From: Anthoceros angustus
Lineage: Eukaryota > Plantae > Anthocerotophyta
Direction of reading: 5' to 3'
NCBI GenBank assembly: GCA_010909165.1
Contig: VJWM01000221.1
Span: forward strand, 62,001 to 126,000
Length of the DNA: 64,000 nucleotides
Part shown: positions 11,105 to 21,853 of the stretch, piece after piece
Layout of the letters: every line of letters starts with the position of its first letter
Position numbering within the stretch: position 1 is the first letter of the stretch
Notes under the pieces: model-generated
Told to the model about the DNA's origin: nothing
The model's input: only the letters and a program-made list of their open reading frames with translations
Databases searched by the model: none
Position numbers and translations under genes: made by a program

Positions 11105-13620
11105 TTACACCTTGCTCTCCGTCCGCTGGCGTAAGATTAAGCGACTGTCTTGGCGTCTAAGGTCTTCGGTGATCGATCTTTGTAAATACGAAATCTCCCA
11201 CTTCAAACTTTCTTGCTTTTGGTTTCCACGAACCACCTCTTGTGAAAGCATACCTAAGTTGATCCCGGTGCTGTGCTATGGCCAGGTTGTCCATCGCCAT
11301 TGGCATTACCCGTTGGAATAACTTCGCTCTCTGTTGCAACTCTAAAAGGCACACCTCGGGATCCTGTGCCCAGTTCACTGGCTTGGAGTATGTGTCCGCC
11401 ACAATGTTTGGCATCACCGCGTTCCGACCGAACATGATGTAATATGGGCTGAAGTTACCCAAGGCGCTGTCGCTTATCCGCAGCAATGCCACATATGGCG
11501 GCAACTCATCCCAACAACTAGGCTCAACTTGATGCGGTGTTGCGGCGAATCCTTGAAGGTTTGAACCAACGCTCCGCCAACCCGTCGACTTGTGGATGAT
11601 CTCGTGATGTCCGCCTGTGATCAATCGGGCTACGGTCAAGCGGTAGCGAAACTCACCTCGAATTCATTGCCACAGTGCATCAATACTTGACACAACTCCC
11701 ATACCTACTAAGAACACCGCAAGAAGGCTCGTCTTTGTGTCTTGAGCTCCTCACCGGAAGGAAGGCCAGCTCAACCCACTTTGAAAAGTGTTCTATCATG
11801 AGCATACGGTGTCGATTGCCTGCTTGGTGGCCGGCTCGGGCATCAAGTCTACGGACCATCCAAGAAAAGCCCCACGATAGGTAATGAGTGCGGCATGACA
11901 TCTTGACTATTAAACAGCCTTTACGGCATCACAAGCGGCGCGCCAGCAACCACCTTCTCCACGTCGGCATACATACCGGACCCAGTATGTGTTCTTAAGC
12001 ATGTGATGCGTCCGTTTAACACCAAAGTGGCCAAGCGTCTTATGCACCTTGGTCACCGGCTTTCATCTTCCATAGGTGGAACTTCTTTGAGAATCCGTGA
12101 TCGTTTACGAATACCTTGCGTCCAGAAATGGCTATCGGCTTATTTTGCTGTAGTTTCTTGGCGTGACCATGTCGGCCCGCCACATGCCCTTGTTGCGGTA
12201 TGGCTTCTGGTGTTTCCATATGTCTCGCCCTCCTTCAGCCGATTGCCCTCCACCTTTTTCTTCGACGGACATTAATGCCATGTACAGGCTGGGCAAACTT
12301 TGTGTGAGTCCGAAGTCGTGCCTTGCTTCTGTCATATCTCTTTTGTTGCACACCGGGTTCCGGCTGAGCCCATCAGCATTGAGATGCACCTTGCCTGCTC
12401 GATGCACGATTTGCACATCGTATTCTGAAAGCAGGAGTGCCCACCTAGCAAGCTTTCCGCTCAGCTTCATGTTCGTCATTAGCCAATGTAGTGGTTGATG
12501 GTCCGTGACAAGCTGGAAGCTCCGTCCAAACAAATACACCCTGAAATGCAACACGCCCTGCTACTGCTAAGCATTCGCCTTCATAGGACGAATAATTTGC
12601 CTGCGTATTGTTGGACCTACTTGCGTGTCGACAACCCGCTCCTTCCCTCTTCATCTGTTTGTGCCAGCCTTTGCTCCAATCCGGCCTCGGTCGTATATAA
12701 GATGAAAAGTTTGTCAAAGTTGGGTCTTGAGCATTGGTCTCTCCGTCAACTGGTTTTTTAGCTCCTGCCATGCTTGTTCCTGCGCATGACCCCACTGCCA
12801 GTGGGCACCTTTCTTGAGCAAGTCATACAGCACCTTGCAGGTTCCACTCATGTTTCCGATGAAACGACGATAGTAGTTGACAAGCCCCAGGAAGGCCCTC
12901 AAGGTGGCAACATCTTTCGGCCTGGGCATAAGGTTTACTGCTTGCACCTTGGCCAACTGAGGCAGCACCCCACCTGGGACAATCTTATGTCCCAAATACT
13001 CTATCTCTTTGTAGGCAAACTTGCACTTTTTGGGATGTGCTTTCAAACCCGACTTGGCCAATCTCTGCAGCAGGACTTCCAGGTGTTCAAGATGTTCTCC
13101 CAATGTGTTACTAAACACCAGAATATCATCTATGTAGCACCTTACAAAGGGCAACCCTTGTAGCTCTAAGTCAGCCACCCGCTGAAAGTATATAGACGCG
13201 TTCTTCAAGCCGAACGGCATCGTTTCCCATTCCCAAAGTTGATCCTTGCCCCAAAGCTGTCTTACACTTGTCTCCCTCTTCAATGACAATCTGGTTGAAC
13301 CCGGATCGAAAGTCGATGTAGTGAAATACTTGGCTTGCCCTATGGCATCAAAAATTTCATCGAGTGGGCATGGGGTGCCGCTCCATAGGCGTGACTTCGT
13401 TCAGCGATAATCCCGCACATTCGCTTGTCCTTCCATTCACCATGCTCATCCTTCTTCAGCGGCAACAGTGGCGGCGTATTGAGAGTTTGACTTCACGATT
13501 AGCCACCCTCGCCAACTCCTTGCATCGCTTGTCCACAATCTCCCTCCATGGGACTCAACTTATGCCTTCGTGAAATATGGGCTCTTGAGTGGTGGTGGTG
13601 ATCTTGAATTTTACTTTGTC
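11105..13620 (-). pseudogene. Gypsy pol: reverse transcriptase, RNase H, integrase (frameshifted)
   Basis: RT: WETMPFGLKNA, YIDDILVFS (13125-13136), KAHPKKCKF..YLGH. RH: NYSSYEGECLAV, VTDHQPL, NADGLSR. INT: LGHFGVKRT, IEHFSKWVE, FGRNAVMP, RYAFTRGGSWKPK. Confidence 0.95.
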
Positions 13621-13859
13621 ATACCGCTGTTGACAGCTGAGCAGCACCGGTTGTGTTGCGGCATATCCGAATCTTTTGCCGATCGTCCTCTGCAGCTCTT
13701 CACGTCGCCATTCATGTGTTTCCTTAGATCATTTTTGTCCACAGGTGGCGTTTACATTGTTGCGGGCGCTCATGTGTGCCTTGCTTGGTTCTTGGAAAAC
13801 CGTCGCCTTGACAAGCACACGGCAAAAGCTATTATCCACAGTTGCTTGGTGGCCATACC

Positions 13860-14790
13860 CACTAACAACCATTGTAAGTAGTTAAGGTCAAAAGCCTGCC
13901 CCACCAGTTTGCATCGATATGCTTCGGAGACACCGTGCGTGAAGGTACCGCCTGCATCGAATCCCATGGCCCGTTCTCGCTCCCTTATGGTGGGTTCCCC
14001 GACTTCATTCCCGTTCACATCGACCATGCCATCCCTCCTTGAACGCATATGATTGTGCGGTCCTTACGGTGTGGGCGGGCCCTTGGCGGCACCTACCGTT
14101 GGGAAGTGTGGCGGTCTATCCTTCTGCGTCTTGTTGCGTCGCCCTTCCTCCAATTTCATCCACATATTTTTCCACGGAATCGTCGATGCCAATCTTTTGA
14201 GAATTTCCACTTCAACCATGTTTGTCCAAAAGCTCCGTGTCGGTGAGCATATGACCCAGTCTGGGCTGCATCGATGATGAACTCTTCGCCCAACCATCGC
14301 CTGAGCTGCTCATAGTCCCTCCGGATGTTCTCACGTTTATCAAATGCCCCACATACATTCTCCAAAATGTACCAGCAGCTTGGATTGCGCAACTGCACTT
14401 CCCTTAAGATTCGGATCACCTCGGCTGCCATCTCTACGCCGTTGCCATAACCGCGCCCAGCTCTGGAAAAAGTGCGACACTCCCATCCTGCGATTAGCAC
14501 GTCCACAGGACACCTGCTTGCCTCTAGCTGTCGTTTCCCCACTAACATGATGTCCGGGGGCAATCTGCTTTGACAACCCTTGATTGCTTCAACGCTCAGC
14601 AATTCAGGATACTTCCTTTGCAACCTGACAATTCTTGCTTTGGCCACCGCGCGTGTCTTCTCATCCGACTCAACGCACGTGTATTTCTTTACCCGCAAGC
14701 CACTTTTCAACACGGCTTCCGGCCCACGTCTTGCGCAGCTCCATGAGGTGGATCCCACGCACGTCCGCTTGCCCTCGTACTACTTCATTG
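13860..14790 (-). pseudogene. Retrotransposon-borne C5 cytosine DNA methyltransferase domain (DNMT3-like)
   Basis: Motif IV-like VLIAGWECRTFSRAG (14477-14488), motif VI YILENV (14354-14362), motif VIII-like SYAHR, motifs IX/X ERERAMGF...RCKLVGQAFD. Motif I region (GIHLMEL..EAVL) is damaged. Confidence 0.85.
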
Positions 14791-15049
14791 TTGATACGCA
14801 GCTCCGCCTTATTCAGTGTGACGGTGCTGCGCGCGTGACCCTCCGGGCGCATACTGGCCATCTGCCATGCCTTGGATTGTCCTTTCCGAACATGCTCTCT
14901 TGCCAACGCTAGAGACAGCATGGGAGTGTTCTTGATATACATACATCCCCTTACTTGCCTTTCGTCTGGCACTTCTTCCCTCATCAGTTCTTGGGTTTCT
15001 TCCCATATCTCGCTTCGGTGCGCAGTTTCTGCCACACATGCTGTGAGTG

Positions 15050-15450
15050 CCATCATGGCCCCCGACTGCTCATCACGTCGTCGCATGTCCAGCGGTATCC
15101 TTGCCACATGCGTAAAATCTCCCTCTTGCCATCGCGGCTGTAAAGCGCTCGAGGTGTAGGTCCACCCCATCGCCGGACCATGAGTGGCATCCGCACCGAG
15201 CAACACGTCGTAGTTTCGGCGCCGGACACCAAGCATCGTGCCGATGGCGGTGGAATCTTGATCGGGTTTGAGCTCAATCCGTATTGGATCGCGGGTTATG
15301 CCCATCACTGCTCCTTAGTCCTGCGGAGGTGGTGATGCGCACCTCGCATGGCTTTAGCTTACTTCCATACGGTGGCGCTGCTGCACCGTGCCCCAGTAAC
15401 ACCGGATCCGCGGTGTCAACTAACACGCGCGTGCGAAACCATTCACGGTG
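15050..15450 (-). pseudogene. Gypsy aspartic protease
   Basis: RVLVDT(G)ADPVLLG near 15390-15425, followed by ..RRNYDVLLGAD. Confidence 0.7.
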
Positions 15451-16288
15451 ATTTCCCGGTTCTGGTTGTTTACCATCGCGATGCCTCCTTTGCCTCGCGC
15501 TGTTGGTTTCAGGTGCTCTCCTCGTAAACTAGCCAGTCCAGGCACCACGCCTCCTTCCATAGACTCCTTCCTTATCCAAGCTTGCATAACTTGCTTGAAA
15601 GGTTGTGCTCTTACTCCCAGATCTCGCAGGCTCACCATGGGTGCATCCATTGCCCGTTCAAGGAGGATTTCGGCACTTGGCGCCTTCATAGCTTGCGACG
15701 ACACTCCTTCGTTCTCCTCACTCTGCCTGAAGGACTTGGGCATCTTGAGTTGGTTTCTTTCCTCAGACTTCTTTCTTTGAACAGAATTCCCCAAGCTCAT
15801 GCCGTCCACTGCCCTTGGGGCCATCAATGCGTATACTTCCGTGTCCGAGTCGTATTCTTTGGCGCACTTTCCTCGTCGCACTCATGCCATTGCCAGCTTC
15901 TTGCGGCTATGTGCCCGCTAAGCAAGGCTTTCCGGGTGTACCCTCATGCGCCTAGCTTTATCGACCGCTCACGGCGCCCTAGGCTTAAACTCGGGGTGGG
16001 CACGACATCTGCCTCCGTGTGTCTGTCTTGGCACAAGCTCTGCGCCTCCTTTTCCTTAGCTCCAGTCGTCGATGCACTCGTAAGCTTTGTCGGCCCCAGT
16101 ACTTCACCGTTGCCTTGGTGGTGGCTGCCTTTGTTATGCGCTCTCCTTAGCGGGTGAACTCCTCTGCATAAGCGTTTGCTGCGTCGTCTCCGAGGCATAT
16201 TTCTTCCTTGAAACCGGTGCGTGTTGAGGCGGGTTGATGCGTCTGACGGTTATGTTCTTCGATGCTGCGCTGGTCACGGCATCACCTT

Positions 16289-17068
16289 TCATGACCCTTT
16301 ACGCCATCTCGTAGGCTGCTCCAACTCATAATCAGCACCGTGCATCATGTGAAGGAAATTGGCAATTACTCTCCTTTGCCGGGCGGCTATGTATATTTGG
16401 GCGGCTTCCCGCATCGTCTTCACCCGTGTGTCCTTCACCAGTTGCCTAAGCCTCAGATAGGCGGACCTGAGAGGTTCATTGGGCTTGATGACGAACTTTG
16501 ACAGTTCTTGGATCTTTTCTATGGAGGACACCGGAAACATCTCCCCAAACTTGGCAAACATTTCATCTACCAAATACGTGATTGCATCACCTTGCAAGGA
16601 GCTTGACGCCTCTTCCTCTTCGCTTCCCTTTGTCGCCTTCTTGGCCTTTCTCGCCCTCGCCAAAGTCCGGGCATCCTGCAAAATTTGGTCCTTGCAGTCC
16701 CTGTAACAAGTCAGCGCTTCTCCTGCTAGGAAAGTGCTCATTTTTCTCAGTGCCATCTCGGGTGTGAACTCAGACTTGTATTTGAGCACCATCTCATCGA
16801 TTGCCCACCTGAACTTCTCTTCAAAGTCGGCAAGAGACATGCTACCGTGCCGACCGGTGAACACATCGTTTTTGCTGGGCGCCGACTCGTACTCCATTCT
16901 TGCTTCGAAGCCAGCACTTTCTTCAAATGAGATGGGGCGAATGGGACTTTGACTCCACTCGAATCGACCTCCTAATCGGTAGACTGATGGATGCTGAACG
17001 ACGGGATTGCGGGCTTCTTGGATGGGTGTATTCTCGTTTGTCCACCCAGAGCGCAAGAACACCATCAC
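16289..17068 (-). CDS. Gypsy gag (capsid-like) ORF fragment
   Basis: 259-aa ORF (FTGRHGSMSLADFEEKFRWAI..TFLAGEALTCY..EPLRSAYLRLRQLV) upstream of and in the same sense as the protease. Confidence 0.7.
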   Translation of the reverse strand: MMVFLRSGWTNENTPIQEARNPVVQHPSVYRLGGRFEWSQSPIRPISFEESAGFEARMEYESAPSKNDVFTGRHGSMSLADFEEKFRWAIDEMVLKYKSEFTPEMALRKMSTFLAGEALTCYRDCKDQILQDARTLARARKAKKATKGSEEEEASSSLQGDAITYLVDEMFAKFGEMFPVSSIEKIQELSKFVIKPNEPLRSAYLRLRQLVKDTRVKTMREAAQIYIAARQRRVIANFLHMMHGADYELEQPTRWRKGS

Positions 17069-17400
17069 CCTTTCACTCTCTTCCCCTGCGAGAGACTATG
17101 TACGGCATTCCATCAAAGTGAGTATTGGTGCCTCCTTGATCCGATCCGCTAGCAGCCGACTTGTCAATCACTTCCGTCCCACAATCTACTTGCAGTGCGA
17201 GGTTCTAGTTCGCCAAGGCGGCTAGGTGAAGAATGGACCGACCCGCATAAAAGCGGCATGGAATAATCTATAGCATTCTCGGCAATCTCCACCATTGACT
17301 TATCTTGAGTGGGTCACGGTTCTTAGTCGGTGTTGCTGGATGCTCCGCTCTTTCACGCACCTTTCTTGCCGGTGAGCTTTGCAAAGGGATTGCTGATGTG

Positions 17401-17825
17401 CAAAATGGGAATCGTCCTTATCTAGACACAAACCCGTCCTCCCTTTGCAAAGCTTAGTCGGAAGAACCCTTTGGGATCCGTATGGCTGCTCAGTCGAACA
17501 AACATCAACAATCCGGTTTTTCTTCGTGACCTATGCCCCCTTTTATCTACCTACGCACTCGGCGTTCTTGCTGAATCGCGGGCGCCCGCATCGGGCGCTG
17601 TGACGCTCAATCCGAAATCGTGCATTATTGCCCGCTGCCGGCCGTTTGGGCAATAATGCCGCCGTGACTCACAATCGATTCGTTCCCTTGATGCCCGCTG
17701 TCTTCTCACACCATTCACACATGCACCACATATCGCGCGGCCGCATGCTCACGGGGACACATACCATGCCGACCATGCGCATGGTGCACATACACATTAA
17801 TCCGACATCGCAGATGCTCACGCCG
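17401..17825. repeat. ~430-bp segment repeated at 5221-5657 and 8694-9121 (probable 5' leader of the retroelement), containing a ~48-bp internal direct repeat
   Basis: Starts CAAAATGGGAATCGTCCTTATCTAGACAC in all three copies; CACATACCATGCCGACCATGCGCATGGTGCACATAC is internally repeated. Confidence 0.8.
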
Positions 17826-17833
17826 TGTCGCGG

Positions 17834-18180
17834 CGCGCGGGCGGGGCGAGGAGGAGGCGCGGGCGAGGAGGAGGCGCGGGCGAGGAGGGGCGGGCGGGGA
17901 GGGCGGGCGGGCGGGCGGGAGGCGCAGGTGGCGAGGCGCCGTCGCCGAGGCGGGAGGCCGCCGTCTGGCAGGAGGCCAGGCGGGCGGAGGTCGCCGTCTC
18001 GCGGGAGGCCGCGGCGTGAGAGAGGCCACGGTCTCGCGGGGCAGGCGGAGTCGAGGAGGCGCGGGCGAGGAGGAGGCGCGAGGGGCAGGCGGGCGGGCGG
18101 GCGGGGAGGGCGGGCGGGCGGGGCAGGCGGGCCGTGGGCAGGCGGCGAGGCAGGCGGGCCGTGGGCAGGCGGGCGGCGAG
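17834..18180. repeat. GC-rich low-complexity tract (similar tracts at ~5040-5097 and ~8500-8572)
   Basis: Runs of GGCGGGC/GGAGGC with almost no T; flanks both ends of the retroelement. Confidence 0.8.
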
Positions 18181-18504
18181 GCATCTTGTCGCGGTTGGTG
18201 AAGGAAGCTGGGGAACGTAGTGCCAAAATCCTATAGAGATGCAGACTTGCCGTGTATTCTTCTGAAGAGAAAGAGAAACATGCCCCATTCCTGACAATGT
18301 GGGCAGCAATGCTGAATAGGATGTTGCAGCAATCGATAGGACTAACTGAACCTTGCCACTGCACAAAGGTTGGCATGCTTTATGCTTGTTTTGCAGTTCG
18401 GATTGGGTATGGTGCTAATTTGTGAAACAAGCTAGTGAAGGAGTCCAGGCTATACAAGGCCAGAAACAGTCTGAACAAATTCCTCAGCCCTCGGTTGCAA
18501 AATT

Positions 18505-18538
18505 CCTCAGCCCTCAGCCCTCAGCCCTCAGCCCTCAG
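18505..18538. repeat. Heptamer microsatellite (CCTCAGC)x5
   Basis: Directly visible. Confidence 0.85.
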
Positions 18539-18699
18539 TTGCAAATGTATGAGAGGCTACACTCATACACACAAGCCTTTAGAGACTTCGCCAAACAGAA
18601 ACAAGAATTCAGCGATGACAAAACAAAAGTATCACAAAGTAAATACTTTTTTCTTCTTCGATCTTGAGCGTTCTTCAATGCCCTTGAAATGCACTAACC

Positions 18700-21063
18700 G
18701 GTTGGTCCCGTCATTCGGAACAAACTCCTCTAATACCGGTTTATTGCTTGAGGCCTCGTCCACAGTGCAACTTCCCTAATACGATGTTGTGCTTGTTCCA
18801 TTATTGCGGACCTCAACAAAATAGCGAGCTTGGCTTCCACAATGCTTGGAATACCCATGATTGCATCCAAGTCTCGGCGTCGTTTGACTTCAACTCCTCC
18901 AAGCTACAGGTTGATGGGAAGATGACAACGACATTGCCATTGCGCCGTTGTATCACGAACATGATTATCATGTGATATCTCATTCTCGAACAAGATTTAG
19001 GTCGGTAATGTTCTTCCTCCTTCTTATGCCCGAACATAAGATCCATTGGTACACCAAGCAAGGCGCAATAACTGGGAAGTATGTTCAAATATACCACATA
19101 CATTGCACCTTCACAACATGTTTGCAAATGAATCCTTTGCCCCATCCCACAAGTACAAAATGCCCATGGAGAATGTGCACCTCAATGACGTAAACCTTGT
19201 CACTATCCTCGAGGACATGCAATATGCAACAGAGACCCAACTACGACGGAATATGACTTCAGGATGGTGCTCGCTGGACAAAACATGCTCATATACCTTC
19301 TCGAGTTTTAAATTGACATAACCCCGGTCTTGGTGAAATCAAGGTACCCGATCAGTGCTACCTCGTTCACAAGTTGATGAAGAAGCCAATCCATACGCCT
19401 TCCGGACCTTGGTAAAAGATACTCTTTCCTTCAAGAATCGATGAAAGGCCTCCGGCGAGCGTGGTATCTTGTCCATGGGGAAACATCCTGCGGTTCTTCA
19501 ACCACATGTCCGCATAAAGAAATGCGAAACATTATTACACACGACACCATGTAAACATCCATTCAAGCAACCCTTACCGCACAAAGAAACTAGTGCACTT
19601 TGGGCAAAGAATAATACCTATAGAGTCACTTGCTTCTTGAAATACTCAACAAAAGGTGGTTGACTTCCATGCCACTCCTTGTAGAAGAACTCTAACAATA
19701 CCTTACCCCATGCGTGTACCATCTTGTATTATGGCCTCGACATACATGATCTCCATAAGAGCTGCCCAAATCTTCTTCCTTGCAATAATGCACTTTACCT
19801 TCTTTAAAAGGTTTTTGCCATGCCTTCCTTACATGCCATAGACACAACACAACATGTATGTTGGCCCCATACTGTTTAAAAGGCACCTATCTCGCTAAAC
19901 AATCATCAACTAGGAAGCAACTAGGGACCCATGTTGCACATGTTGTAAGAGCGACATGTCGAGTGGCGTCAACCATGATACCAAAGAAAGTATAGTAGCC
20001 TCGTGTTAGTGCCCAAGCAATGGAATACCATTAAGGTGTTGATCAAAACCATCACCGTAAATAAGTGGTACCTATACTTGTTCATACCAAATGTGGCGTC
20101 CATGGCTAAAACACTATTGTTACCATGCTTGATGAACATCTGCCGCATGAAAGGAGTTTGCAACCCTAAAACAAAAGGTTCACCAGTTCGATCTATGGAA
20201 GATAAGGTCAAGATTCACTTTGAGCCACATCTCGATGGACTTTACATCATCGTGGTCTAGTTTCCACTCACCCGCTTCCACTTGTCGTTTCATGTTCAAC
20301 ACATCCTTGCGCATGTAGTCATCTCGAACGTCACCACCACGCTCATGTCCTATGTAGTGACTCATCTTCTCGTACACAAGCGCAACATGCCGACGCATAA
20401 TCTCCCTACGTATACCTTGCAATAAAGACAATGTTTAACCCAATCCTTTTTCTCTTCGAGATCCAAGGAGCTCTAGACAATTTAGGGTGTCCCAGATACT
20501 TCGGACCATGACAGATATCACCTGCTCGATCTCGTGCGCTCTTCATGAAGAAGGATTTGAGCAACTTCAGGGAATAAGCGCAACTGCTTCACAACAAAAT
20601 TGGCCATACATCCGGTCTTCATGCGCACATTCTTGGGTGTGGTAGCAGCTCGGAAATCCTCCGGTCCATATGAACACCAATACCTACATAGAAACACACG
20701 ACAGCAAATACCAAGATTTGGCTTCAACTTAAGGCAAAGAAAGCACATGGACAGAGGCCACCAAGCCAGGAAACCCAAGTGGTCAGGGAAATTAGTCTAG
20801 AGAAATTGGAAGTTGCAGAAGGTACCTGATATATGTGATTGCAGTGTCTAAGGACGGCACAATTGGTGGTGGTAGTGAATTTTGAGTCTTTGAATCCTTC
20901 CGATAGAAATTTGCAGCACATTTGAAGCCTTCACCAGAAATGAAATCTTCTACTCTATTCCATGGAATGTAGGCAATCTTCAAATCCTTCAAAACCTGCC
21001 AAGTTAGATTGTCGGTGCAGAATTGACCAAGCCCTGGAAATTGCACCTTCAGCGGCACTCCAT
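18700..21063 (-). pseudogene. MULE-type DDE transposase with SWIM zinc finger (frameshifted), resembling the Arabidopsis At4g13970/At1g60560 SWIM family
   Basis: AYIPWNRVEDFISGE, YWCSYGPED, GCMANFVVKQL, SVLAMDATFGMNKYRYHLFTVMV (D1), WVPSCFLVDD (D2, ~19900), CLWHVRKAW, SWIM FCTC...ICKHVVKV (~19110-19160). The 3' end is approximate. Confidence 0.85.
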
Positions 21064-21853
21064 GGACGGAGCACGCTTAGCAGCCAAAATGCTTGGTTTA
21101 GGTTAATCTGTTTGTCTTTGGGTTGGTTTGTTTGAAACACCCGCGCTCAGTTTATACTCCTCGTGCACGCTTCTAAAATCAAGCATGGTTGGTTTACATC
21201 TCAACCTCGTTCTGGTGTGGGTGCGCATACTGGGGTTGTGCCGTGCTCGGCAAAATACGAGAGTGACATCCTGTATGGACCGGGTTCTGTGTTTAAAGTA
21301 TACTATGATGAGAGAGAAAATCGTTATGGGCGAGGCATGGCATGCCACGCCAGATTTTACACGCGCGAAGCATTGATTGCTTCGGAGATTGAGACGCAGG
21401 CTTCCCAGTATGGCGCCCGATTCCCGACCTGGTTACAATGCAAAATACCTTGGAAGTCAGAGAAATCAGAATTTTATGAGAGGTCGCAGAACACATAAAC
21501 TTCCCCACTGTCCCGAGGGGGTACGGGTACCAGAGCTGCAGGCGCGTTTTCCTGCATTCCGTGCTGGGAAGTGACTGGTTCACTTCCTTTTAGTGGCTCC
21601 TGAGTGAGACCGAAACCTGCATCGCGGCAGATGATCGGGTTGTCGTGACGCCGGCTCCTTTTGCTTGCTCGACGGGCAGGAGGTAGGGCATGCATTCCTT
21701 GTGCAGGCTCGGGGCCTGCTGTTTGGAAGGGAGTATTCTGGCAGAGCTGGCATGGTGGTTACACTGATGTTTACTGATCATCCCCGCAGGCCGTGTTGAA
21801 GAATCATGGCTTGGGAATGAGTGCTGCTGGCGCCTGAAAACCGCGCTTCAAAT

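Larger units (their letters stand above)
8573..17833 (-). mobile_element. Ty3/Gypsy LTR retrotransposon encoding gag, protease, C5-DNA methyltransferase, RT, RNase H and integrase
   Basis: Domain order PR-(DNMT)-RT-RH-INT on the minus strand. PPT-like TTGAGGGGGGA immediately after the pol end (11089-11099). TGTCGC termini at 8573, 9122 and 17826. Confidence 0.85.
8184..21395 (-). mobile_element. Mutator-like (MULE) DNA transposon bounded by ~270-290 bp TIRs (8184-8471 and 21130-21395), interrupted by a Gypsy retrotransposon
   Basis: Long inverted repeats at both ends and a MULE/SWIM transposase starting just inside the right TIR. Outer ends are degenerate and no 9-bp TSD could be fixed. Confidence 0.7.

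Noticed and set aside
17800-17826. Primer-binding site assignment for the Gypsy element
   Set aside because: The three copies disagree and no clean TGG-initiated tRNA complement could be read.
17628-18376. Long Arg/Gly/Pro-rich ORFs on both strands
   Set aside because: Artefact of stop-poor GC-rich low-complexity DNA, possibly low-quality base calls; no domain signal.
18505-18538. (CCCTCAG)n as an interstitial telomere
   Set aside because: Differs from CCCTAAA at two positions and has only 5 units; treated as a microsatellite.
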